From positions 19,160,001-19,224,000 of the forward strand of contig NC_086109.1 of assembly GCF_963921235.1 (NCBI RefSeq): 64,000 bases of DNA. The letters run 5' to 3'. The position numbers were made by a program, and so were the translations under genes. Position 1 is the first letter of the stretch, and each line of letters opens with the position of its first letter. The DNA is from Mobula hypostoma (taxonomy: Eukaryota). Shown in pieces: positions 10,780 to 21,465 of the stretch. The notes under the pieces were generated by a model. That model saw nothing but the letters and a program-made list of their open reading frames with translations, made no database searches and was not told the origin of the DNA.

Positions 10780-13345
10780 AGGGTTTGTGGGAGTGGTGAC
10801 AAAGGCTGGTGGAGTAATTGCTTATGGTTGGTGTTTGGGGGAGTGATTGTAGGGAATAAGCGCTTGGGGGTTTGGGGGAGGGAGTGTGAGCCAGGGTTTA
10901 CGGAGGTGTGAACAGGGTTCTTTGTATGGTTGTGGGCCAGGGTTTGTAGAGGTGTGGGCCAGGGTTTGTGTGTTTGTGGGCCAGGGTTTTTGACAAGGTC
11001 CCACACAGGAGATTAGTGTGCAAACTTAAAGCATACGGTATTGGGGGTAAAGTATTGATGTGGATAGAGAATTGGTTGGCAAGCAGGAAGCAAAGAGTGG
11101 GAATAAACGGGACCTTTTCAGAATGGCATGCAGTGACTAGTGGGGTACCGCAAGGCTCAGTGCTGGGACCCCAGTTGTTTACAATATATATTAATGACTT
11201 AGATGAGGGAATTAAGTGCAACATCTCCAAGTTTGCGGATGACACGAAGCTGGGTGGCAGTGTTAGCTGTGAGGAGGATGCTAAGAGGATGCAGGGTGAC
11301 TTGGATAGGTTAGGTGAGTGGCCAAATTCATGGCAGATGCAATTTAATGTGGATAAATGTGAGGTTATCCACTTTGGTGGCAAAAACAGGAAAATAGATT
11401 ATTATCTGAATGGTGGCCGATTAGGAAAAGGGGAGGTGCAACGAGGCCTGGGTGTCATTATACACCAGTCATTGAAAGTGGGCATGCAGGTACAGCAGGC
11501 GGTGAAAAAGGCGAATGGTATGCTGGCATTCATAGCAAGAGGATTCGAGTACAGGAGCAGGGAGGTACTACTGCAGTTGTACAAGGCCTTGATGAGACCA
11601 CACCTGGAGTATTGTGTGCAGTTTTGGTCCCCTAATCTGAGGAAAGACATCCTTGCCATAGAGGGAGTACAAAGATAGTTCACCAGATTGATTCCTGGGA
11701 TGGCAGGACTTTTATATGATGAAAGACTGGATCGACTAGGCTTATACTCATTGGAATTTAGAAGATTGAAGGGGGATCTTATTGAAACATATAAAATCCT
11801 AAAGGGATTGGACAGGCTAGATGCAGGAAGATTGTTCCCGATGTTGGGGAAGTCCAGAACGAGAGGTCACAGTTTGAGGATAAAGGGGAAGCCTTTTAGG
11901 ACCGAGATTAGGAAAAACTTCTTCACACAGAGAGTGTTGAATCTGTGGAATTCTCTGCCACAGGAAACAGTTGAGGCCAGATCATTGGCTATATTTAAAA
12001 GGGAGTTAGATATGGCCCTTGTGGCTAAAGGGATCAGGGGGTATGGGGGGAAGGCTGGTACAGGGTTCTGAGTTGGATGATCAGCCATGATCATACTGAA
12101 TGGCGGTGCAGGCTCGAAGGGCTGAATGGCCTACTCCTGCACCTATTTTCTATGTTTCTATGTTTCTATGTTTGTGGAGGTGTGGGTCGGGGTTTGTGGA
12201 GGTGTAGGCCGGGGTTTGTGGAGGTGTGGGCCGGAGTTTGTGGAGGTGTGGGCCAGGGTTTGTGGAGGTATGGGCTAGGGTTTGTGTGGTTGTGGGCTGG
12301 TGTTTGTGTGGTTGTGGGCCGGTGTTTGTGGGGTTGTGGGCTGGGGTTGTGTGGTTGTGGGCCGGGGTGTTTGTGTGGTTGTGGGCAGAGTTTGTGGAGT
12401 TGTGGGCCGGTGTTTGTGTGGTTGTGGGCTGGTGTTTGTGGAGTTGTGGGCCGGTGTTTGTGTGGTTGTGGGCTGGGGTTTGTGCGGTTGTGGGCCGGTA
12501 TTTGTGTGGTTGTAGGCCGGTGTTTGTGTGGTTTTGAGCCAGTGTTTGTGTGGTTGTGGGCCAGTGTTTGTGTGGTTGTGGGCAGGGTTTGTGTAGTTGT
12601 GGGCCAGTGTTTGTGTGGTTGTGAGCTGGTGTTTGTGGAGTTGTGGGCTGGTGATTGTGTGGTTGTGGGCCGGTGTCTGTGGGGTTGTAGGCCGATATTT
12701 GTGTGGTTGTGGGCCGGTGTTTGTGTGGTTGTGGGCCAGTGTTTGTGTGGTTGTGGGCAGGGTTTGTGTGGTTGTGGGCCGGTGTTTGTGTGGTTGTGGG
12801 CCAGTGTTTGTGTGGTTGTGGGACAGTGTTTGTGGGGTTGTGGGAAGAGTTTGTGTGGTTGTGGGCTGGTGTTTGTGTGGTTGTGGGCCGGTGTTTGTGT
12901 GGTTGTGGGCTGGTGTTTGTGTGGTTGTGGGCTGGTGTTTGTGTGGTTGTGGGCCAGTGTTTGTGTGGTTGTGGGAAGAGTTCGTGTGGTTGTGGGCTGG
13001 TGTTTGTGTGGTTGTGGGCCGGTGTTTGTGTGGTTGTGGGCCGGTGTTTGTGTGGTTGTGGGCCGGGGTTTGTATGGTTGTGGGCCAGTGTTTGTGGGGT
13101 TGTGGGAAGAGTTTGTGTGGTTGTGGGCTGGTGTTTGTGTGGCTGTGGGCCGGTGTTTGTGTGGCTGTGGGCCGGTGTTTGTGTGGTTGTGGGCCGGTGT
13201 TTGTGGGGTTGTATGCCGGTGTTTGTGGGGTTGTGGGCTGGGTTTGTGGGGTTGTGAATCAGGGTTTGAGGGGTTGTGACCAGTAGGGTTAGGGTTGTGA
13301 CCATGGTTTGTGGATGTGTAGGCAGGGTTTGTGGGGTTGTGGGTC
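10780..13345. repeat. G/T-rich minisatellite, 22-bp unit GTGTTTGTGTGGTTGTGGGCCG, interrupted by a CR1
   Basis: Roughly 50 tandem units at 12172-13345 and degenerate units at 10780-10990. The 22-aa periodicity of the translated ORFs (66 nt = 3 x 22) confirms the unit length. Confidence 0.95.
10986..12171 (+). mobile_element. Young CR1 LINE, 5'-truncated (copy 2), inserted in the minisatellite
   Basis: Starts at FDKVPH, retains KFADDTKL, has a premature TAG at 11676-11678, and ends in (TTTCTATG)n at ~12147-12171. Confidence 0.96.
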
Positions 13346-13399
13346 AGACCACTCGCATGTGGTGGCCAGATCAGAGTGCAGTCGATGGTCTGAAGGTTC

Positions 13400-14025
13400 T
13401 ATAACAGCCATAGGCACATTTATCATATGTACCTCGAAACATACAGTGTAATGCATCGATGCGTTAATAACCAATACGATCATGGATGTGCTGGTGGCAG
13501 CCCACAAGAGTCGTGACACATTCCGGCATCAATGTAGCATGCCTGCAGTATTCAACACAACATGGAACAACACAAGCAGAAGCAACAACAACAGAATAAA
13601 GCAGGAAAACAACACCAAAACAAGCTACAAGCCTTCCCTCCCTCCCATACACATGCACAGGCCTCCAACCTCAGGACCGGCCGCCTCCTTGTTCCAAGAT
13701 TCTCAAACTTGCAGACGTCAGGCCTCCAACCTCCAGACTGTAACCTTGACTACCAGTCTTGCAGACATTGGGCCTCCAATCTTCGGTCTCTGACCCAAAC
13801 TTGCCCTCTATCTCCTAACCCATCGACTTCAAGCTTTCTACTTCCAGGCTCCCCGAGCTCTGGACTTCAACCTTTGGCTTTGCCTCCTAGATCTCACCGA
13901 CACTGGGTATCAACTCTAGGCCTTGGTGATTGACTGGTCTGACCTTCGGGCCTCAACCCAGAACTTGCCGGTCATGGTTTTGACCTTACGGCGTAGAGTC
14001 CAGGACTTTGTTTTCCGGACCCTTA
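13400..14025 (-). mobile_element. Family A non-coding LINE-related repeat (second copy)
   Basis: Reverse-complement similarity to 1345-1940, including the 3' block and the pyrimidine-rich subrepeats. Confidence 0.55.
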
Positions 14026-14170
14026 ATGAGAACCACTACGCAATTCACCAGAGGAGATACAAAGACATTGTCATGAAAGGCCTGAAGCAGACAGATCAAG
14101 ATAACATGCAATGGGGGATGGAAACAAGGAGTTAGTTTGATCACAGAAAGCTAGACTAGCTTAAGAGGCT

Positions 14171-14261
14171 ACACACATCAAAGTTGCTGGTGAACGTTCA
14201 CCAGTAACTTTGATGTGTGTTGCTTGAATTTCCAGCATCTGCAGAATTCCTTGTGTTTGCG
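14171..14261 (+). mobile_element. Fold-back Penelope-like mini-insertion with 14-bp TSD
   Basis: 50-bp palindrome at 14171-14220 (one mismatch) made of pLTR sequence shared with 48692-48716, followed by the pLTR end. Flanked by TAGCTTAAGAGGCT (14157-14170) and TAGTTTAAGAGGCT (14262-14275). Confidence 0.85.
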
Positions 14262-15239
14262 TAGTTTAAGAGGCTGCTAGGTTTGAGGACAGTTGAGTTT
14301 GAGGTTGAGGGGAGCATGCTGGATGATAGTAGTAACCCATTTGCTTTGGATATAGTGAGTGAAAGATGTAACCCAATTATTACAGTCTGCAAAATCTTTT
14401 ACAGATAATTTGTTCAAAAGCTCAAAGTTTAAAGTAAATTTATGACAATTATATGACCCTGAGATTCATTTTCTTGCAGGCATTCATAGAAAAAAGAAAT
14501 TTAATAGAACTAATGAAAAACTACACCAATTGTAATTCTTTGTTCTAAAGTCAGCATCAATGAAGGACTGATGCCCCTATCTGCAGTTCAATATTGATGG
14601 GAAGGCTTCAAAAGGTTCCCGACCCCTTCTTGGCATGTGTATGAGGTTTAAGTGTCTGGATATCTAATTTAGAGTGAATTCTGATTTCGAGTGAGTATCT
14701 TATCCCTGCCTGACTTGCCAGGGTATAATTTAACACACAAAAATTGGTACAGTACCTTCTGGTTCCTTTACTCTCTACTTTCCTGCCCCCACTATAAACT
14801 AGTTTTAACTTAAATTTAGGCTAAGTGTTAAATATAAGGATGGATGAGTTGAAATTTTATCTTTGATATCATGCACTAACTGGGTATTATAATTATGTAC
14901 ATCAGATGCAGCTCACTTCTGAAATATGGACATGGGCTGCTTTCTGGTTTGGTTTGTTGATTATCTGAGAACAACCAAGAAAGAATAAAACAGTACAAAT
15001 TATACTGTATTGAAAATGACAGCTCTCAGTTTATTAAATCGTCCGAGGACAATGGAAGTCATCAATAAATTCTCCAAGTAACAGCATCTTGAAATGTTTA
15101 AAATTCTTCCTGAATCCCATAGGTAGCAAGACTCCAGGAGATCAGCCAGACTGATAAATTAAACATTCTCTAATGCTTTTCTGAATGTTTTCTCTCTAGA
15201 GGTTGAGCATCAGGTGTTGAGTCCACTTTTACAAAAGAA

Positions 15240-15930
15240 AATAAAGGCTTTGCATTTATATAGCGTCTTACCACATCCCAAAAGTCTCTCAATGCATATT
15301 TCACAATCAGTGAATTAATTTGCACAGCAAATGCTGAACAGGGTAGTCCTCAGGAGTCCTGAAACACCGATGAAATGAATGGCCATTTGATTTATTCAGT
15401 GATGTTCAAAGGGAAGAGGTGTATTTAGGATAGTATTGAAACCTCCAAGAGAACCACAACCTTGTCATACTGTTTGGAGGCTTGTGTGCCTCATGGCCCA
15501 GAGATCCATGTTGAATGGAGTCGGGGCCTTGTGCTTTGGCTCTTGGTTGGGTCACCCACGTCAAAGGGTAGAGGACATACTAGGAGTGGTCCACCAGCCC
15601 TCCAGGTTCGCAGGTCCAACTCAGAGCTAACAATTCTCACAGGTAAAACAAAACTGCTCCAAAAACAGGAATAAAAAATCTTTCTACGTCTGAGTGAAAC
15701 ATTATTCCTGAGGCTCCACCCAGAAGTTGTATGACTGGCAGTGGCGAAAACCGAGCTATTGACATGATGAGGAAAGCTCTGAACAGCATCAGAGATGGAA
15801 GACCTTCATTGCTGCCCTAAACACCAGTGGCGTAATGGGCAATAGGTGACTTTTTGAAAAGGATGTATGAGAGCTGAGTTTAATGTCTTATGTAAGGAAA
15901 GTTACCTACCTTGGAGAAATGTTCTCAACT
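15240..15930 (-). mobile_element. Decayed Deu-domain SINE split by an RTE-derived insertion
   Basis: Tail TTGCATTTATATAGCG...CATCCCAAA at ~15250. The body continues to ~15450 and resumes near 15870 (GAGTTTAATGTCTTAT). Confidence 0.45.
15455..15850 (+). mobile_element. Short RTE (Expander/Rex3-like)-derived element: 5' UTR joined to 3' end
   Basis: RTE-type 5' UTR motifs (GGAGGCTTGTGTGCC...GGCTCTTGGTTGGGTCACCCA) and a terminal segment encoding RWKTFIAALNTSGVMG, typical of RTE ORF ends. Confidence 0.55.
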
Positions 15931-16069
15931 CACTAATCACTGGTTAAGGATCTGGATAGTAGGAAAGAAGCTCTTACTTGAATTGCAATAAATGGACGTT
16001 TCAAAATACTATCCTTAATTTGAGACATTACCAAAACATCAGGTATGGTAAATAGTCTAAAGACTGGCG

Positions 16070-16875
16070 AATGGCTTTCAATCCAGATAAATATGAGACA
16101 TTGAATTTTGGTAGGAGAAAAACAAGGTAGGACTGTGTTAGCACCAGTGAGTGAAAGGTCACAGGGATGTGAAGTGGAACAGAAGGACCTCAGATTGCAA
16201 GTGCGTAGCTCATTGAAAGCAGGGAAACTGGCTGGTGAGAAAGACATCTGGCGCACTGACCTTCGTCAGTCAGAGCACTGAGGTTGGGAGTTAAGTTACA
16301 TTGCAGTTATACAGCTTAGGACATTGGTGAGGCCATACTTGGAGTATTGAGCACAATTTTGCTCACCTTGTTTTAGGAAAGATGTTAGGAAAAAGAAGGC
16401 AGAAAAGATTTACTAGGATATTGTCTATTCTTGGAGACATGAGGTATAAAGAGTGGTTTTGTAGGCTAGGATTTTATTCCCTGAAACGTAGGAGATTGAA
16501 GGATGACCTGATACAGTACATGCATAGAGGATGCTAAGGGGCATGGAGTAGGTGAAAGGACGTAGTCATTTTTTCACAGAGGAGCTGCTAAAAACAAGAG
16601 GGCTTAGGTTTAAGATCAGAGGCTGGAGATTTAAAAAGGGACATCTGGGACATCTCCATGCAAATTTTGGAGCATATTTGGAATGAGCTGCCAGAAATAG
16701 TGGCTGAGGCAGGCACACCAGCAACATTTAAAAACCATCTAGATAAGTATGGGGATAGGAGAGATTTAGGGGGCTCTGGGCCAAATGCAGGCAGATGGGA
16801 GTAGCTCACTGGGAAACATAGTCAGCTTGGATGAGATTGGTCTGAGGTTCAGTTTCCATGCTGTATGATTCTGTA
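16070..16875 (+). mobile_element. Old CR1 LINE 3' fragment
   Basis: Decayed motifs EQKDLRLQV, TLVRPYLEY, LYSL..RRLKDDL, WNELPE, and a CR1 3' end with CTGTATGATTCT. Confidence 0.8.
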
Positions 16876-16964
16876 CCAGCCGAAGAAAAGTTCCTCAGCA
16901 TTATCAGTCTAACCCTCAGAAAGAGTATAGGTTGAGGCAACCCAGAAATGCCATTGACATTCCA

Positions 16965-18930
16965 TTTCAGACTAACAATCAGGTTTATTATCATGAAATT
17001 TGTTAACTTAGCAGCAGCAGTTCAATGCAAGGCATAATATTGAAGAATAAATAAATAAATAAATACTGTATATGTATATTGAATAGATTAAAAATTGTGC
17101 AAAAACAGAAATCATATAGATTTAAAAAGCGAGTTAGTGTTCACGGGTTCAATGTTCATTTAGAAATCGGATGGCAGAGGGGAAGAAGCTGTTCCTGAAT
17201 CGCTGACTGTGTGCCTTCAGGCTTCTGTACCTCCTTCCTGATGGTAACAGTGAGAAAAGGGCATGCCCTGGGTTTTAGGGGTCCATAATAGTGGACGCTG
17301 CCTTTCTGGGACACCGCTCCTTGAAGATGTCCTGGGTACTTTGTAAGCTAGTATCCAAGATGGAGCTGACTAAATTTACAACCTTCTGCAGCTTCTTTCG
17401 GTCCTGTGCAGTAGCAACCCCGCCCAATACCAGACAGTGATGCAGCCTGTCAGAATGCTCTCCATGGTACATCTATAGAAGTTTTTAAGTGTATTTGTTG
17501 ACATACCAAATCTCTTCAAACTCCTAATGAAGTACAGTTACTGTCTTGCCTTCTTTATAACTGCATTGATATGTTGGGACCAGGTTAGGTCCTCAGAGAG
17601 CTTGACACCCAGGAGCTTGAAGCTGCTCACTCTCTCCACTTTTTGATTTTTAGATTTAGATTTAGATTATGAGGACACTCAGTCCTTGTTTATTGTCATT
17701 TAGAAATGCATGCATTAAAAAATGATACAATGTTCATCCAGAATGATATCACAAAAAAAACAGGACAAACCAAGACTAAAACTGACAAAACCACATAATT
17801 ATAACATATAGTTACAACAGTGCAAAGCAATGCCATAATTTGATAAAGAGCAGACCATGGGCACAGCAAAGTCCCGATCGACCCATCAATCTCACACAGG
17901 TGGCAGAAGGGAGGAACTCTCCCTGCCATGAACCTCCAAGCGCCAACAACTTGCCGATGCAGCACCATTGGAAGCACCCGACCGCAGCAGACTCTGAGTC
18001 TGTCCGAAAACTTCGAGCCTCCGACCAGCCCCTCCGACACAGCCTCTCCAAGCACCATCCTCTGCCGAGCGTTTCGACCCCGCCGCAGCCGCTGAGCAAC
18101 AAGCAAAGCCGAGGACTCGGGGTCTTCTCCTCCAGAGGCTCTGGGCCACACAGTAGCAGCAGCAGCGAAGCGGGCATTTCAGAAGTTTCTCTAGATGTTC
18201 CTCCGTGCTCTCACGTCCGTCTCCATCAAATCAGGATTGTGCACGGCACCCTACTTGACAAATAACAGACATTATCACTGGAGTGGCCGCTGCGAGCTGC
18301 GTCGTGCCGTCATCTTCTCCTTCTAATCCTTCTATGAAGATTGCTATGTGTTCCTTTGTCTTATCCTTTCTGAAGTCCACAATCAGCTCTTTCGTCTTAC
18401 TGACGTTGAGTGCCAGGTTGTTGCTGTGGCACCACTCCACTAGTTGGTATATCTCACTCCTGTACGCCCTCTCATCTCCACCTGAGATTCTACCAACAAT
18501 GGCTGTATCATCAGCAAATTTATAGATGGTGTCTGAGCTATGCCTGGCCACACAGTCATGGGAGAGTAGAGCAGTAGGCTAAGCAGACATGCCTGAAGTG
18601 TGTCAGCGAGGAGGAGATATTATCGCCAACTCGCACAGATTGTGGTCTTCCAGTTAGGAAGTGGAGGATCCAATTACAGAGGGAGGTGCACAGGCTCAGG
18701 TTCTGTAACTTCTCAATCAAGATTGTGGGAATGATGGTACTAAATGCCGAGCTATAGTTGATGAATGGCATCCTGACGTAGGTGTTTGTGTTGTCCAGAT
18801 GGTCTAAAGCAATGCGGAGAGCCATTAGGATTGCATCCCCTGTTGACCTGTTGTGCCAATAGGCAAATTGCAAGAAGTCCAGGACATTGCTGAGGCTGGA
18901 ATTCAGACTAGCCATGACCAAAGTCCTAAA
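16965..18930 (-). mobile_element. Rex1/Babar-type LINE, 5'-truncated and decayed, interrupted at 17645-18320
   Basis: RT motifs [71 protein letters not shown]-terminal DRKKLQKVV..KAASTIMDP. Confidence 0.9.
17645..18320 (-). mobile_element. Non-autonomous bipartite LINE-derived element, family C, nested in Rex1
   Basis: GC-rich 5' end GGAGAAGATGACGGCACG and a (TCTAAA)n 3' tail. Homologous to 56380-56962. Interrupts the Rex1 ORF cleanly. Confidence 0.75.
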
Positions 18931-19259
18931 AGATAATGGAACCTGCCTCATTATTCCAGGTTACATTCAATCCAAGAGCATTGTACAGATCTCCCTGCTT
19001 TAAATATCATGTTAAATCACTTTAGTACCTATACTCTGGAGGAGTACATTTCAATACAGATATCAAGGTATTGTTCTAGCTGACCTGTTATGTTGAGTGA
19101 CGCTGCAATTGCTTTTTCTCCTTTTTACAAAGTTTTCTTTAAGTCAATTCATGATTAGAGCATGGTTTTGTGGGATACAGATGTGTAAGATATCTTCTGC
19201 AGAGAATAGCATACTAAGCCAAATACATCATGGGCATATCTCTCCCACAATCATTCGAA

Positions 19260-19590
19260 GAAATTACCATCCAGCTCATGCCATATTCACATAACTACCA
19301 TCAAGGCAGGAAGTACAGAAGCCTGAAGTTTCACACAATCAGTTTTTAGAAAAGATATTTCTCTTCTACTATTTGGTTCTGAACTAACCTACACAGCCCT
19401 GATCACAACTTTAGTATAGCAACACTTCGACCATATTGCAGTGCCTTGGGCATTGTTGTATTTTGGCTCTAATTGTCTTCTTTCTTACATATTTTTGTAT
19501 TATTTATGATAAATATATATATATTTATCTTGTGAAATGTTATGCATTTAATGCCTTGCACCTGTGAAGCTGACACAAATAAAGTTTTTT
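19260..19590 (+). mobile_element. Old Rex1/Babar-type LINE 3' fragment
   Basis: Decayed HPAHAIF..LPSRQ..YRSLK..T motif followed by an AT-rich UTR. Confidence 0.6.
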
Positions 19591-20944
19591 TAATGAACCT
19601 GTGCGATGGTAATAATCTCGATTTTTTTGCAGCTTGGTTTTATTTCGATCATTAAATGACTTTGTGTAGACTGTTTCAGGCAATCAAGTCATCGTTAGTC
19701 TTCAGTAAAGAGTAATCTAATCAATATCACTATGTTTCTGTTTTCCTGTGTTCCTACAATATCTATTTCTCCTGAAAATCTAACATCATTTTGCAACAGT
19801 GACTGAATCTGTATGTTCCTACTGGTCAGCACTTTCCAAAGCCCAACCGATCACTGTAGTTAAATACATTTCCCCCTGATTTTGACATCTTCTCTTTGGC
19901 TCTCTTGCCAACCTCTGAAATCTGTGACCTCTGCTGAATAACCCTCGTTATTCACACATCCAAACCTCGACAAGGTCTATCCTATATCATCTTTGCTCTC
20001 AGGAGTACAATGCAAGCTTTCCTATTCCATCCAAGTAATTATAGTCTGTCATCTCAGGAATGATCCTAGTAATTTTTTTCCCGTCAAATATACTGTATTC
20101 ATAAAATTTAAAATTATGTTAGCAAGATGTTCAGATTCTCAGTACAAGCCATATAATTCTATATACCTTTCATTAGCATGTCATCAGCTTTCTCTTCCAT
20201 GCAATCCTTCAGCAAACTGTCAAGTGTATGATGATGGGAAGGTCAGAAACTGCCTCCCCTTCTCTAGAGAGCCATTACAGTAGCTGTACCAGGCTTCATC
20301 AAGTCCTTCAGCATTTGGCCCTAGATCTTAGCATGTACCGGTCTGCGATATTCAGATGTGGACATTTCCTTACGGAGGAAGAGTGGTGAGTTCTGAGTAG
20401 GCTAAAGTGTGTCCTTCACTGGGATGTAAACCTCCAATCAATAGTCGATGCTCCTCTGTGAATGTCTCTGGGAACAATAGCTTGCAGACTGCAGAGTAAT
20501 GAGTTATGCAACCCTCTAGGATAAACCTCAATCAAATCCATTGTATCTCTTTCCTAACCTTTTTGCCATGCACACATTCCAAAGGAGATGGATATGGTTT
20601 CCTATCTGTCGCATTTGTTGTGTCTCCAAAGTCTCCACATGCTATGCTTAGGTTTCTGCCAGTAAGAACTCATCTGCAGGTATCCAATACTACCCAAGGT
20701 TAAGTGGTTAACTTCCTCTGATGTCACTGTCATGCCTCAGTAGAGCAAACCTTCCTGAATTAATGACATCCTTCACGTTCTCACTCCAATGCAAGCCAAT
20801 CATGTATTAATAATTCAAAGCTAGGCGTTCAACTTATGCTAAACTTTGAACAATATTATGCACTTAAGGAGAGGCACTACGTAGAGTAACTCCAAATAGC
20901 AAACTTCTGACCAGCTGGTATTAGTGGCTTGCCAACATGATTTG

Positions 20945-21465
20945 TGATTGATAATAATGAGGCCCTCCACTGGTCGGCATCAACCGTGGATATTGCTTCC
21001 CAGCTGTTTACGTGACACAGAAGCCAGTATGAGAACCAGGCCAGTACAGTATGGAGAGCAACAGGCTCCCCCCTCCACTCAGCTGTTGAATCCAAAGGAA
21101 GAGCAGAGACTGAAACAGTTAGGTGCCAACGGCATCGCAGGAGTTGCCCACAATCGTTGAACTCAACATAGGACCGCCTTTGGGAATCCAGCTCTGGATT
21201 TTTCTTCGGGGCATATTCCCAAAGCTTTCCCTATGAGTGATTATAGCCGCAAAGTAGCAGAGGTTTCAGATCCAAGATTTACTTCGCCTAGATGAGCTGT
21301 CAACCACGGCTGACGAGCCCCATCTTCCCGAAGCCACTGGTTTTATGGCACCAGTAACCCATCTTCTCTCCTTCTTCTGTCAGTAGAAACAGTTCCAGCG
21401 GGCTTTTTAACTAAGCCACACATGAAGGCCAGGAACTGCACTTGGTTGTCACAGGTTATTTGTGA
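20945..21465 (-). mobile_element. Short RTE-derived non-autonomous element
   Basis: Minus-strand GGGCTCGTCAGCCGTGGTTGACAGCTCATCTAGGCGAAG (RTE-type 5' UTR motif). Its body is shared with the SINE at 40265-40562. Short ATT-like tail. Confidence 0.55.

Noticed and set aside
13284..13296. TAGGGTTAGGGTT telomere-like motif
   Set aside because: Only two units at the decayed edge of a G/T satellite; insufficient for an interstitial telomere.
12077..13304. Long ORFs of 400 and 384 aa (Cys/Gly/Val-rich and Thr/Pro/His-rich) resembling keratin-associated or mucin proteins
   Set aside because: They are translations of the 22-bp minisatellite, which lacks stop codons in most frames on both strands. No gene context.
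12172..13345. CRISPR-like regular array
   Set aside because: Units are contiguous with no unique spacers, there are no cas genes, and the context is eukaryotic.
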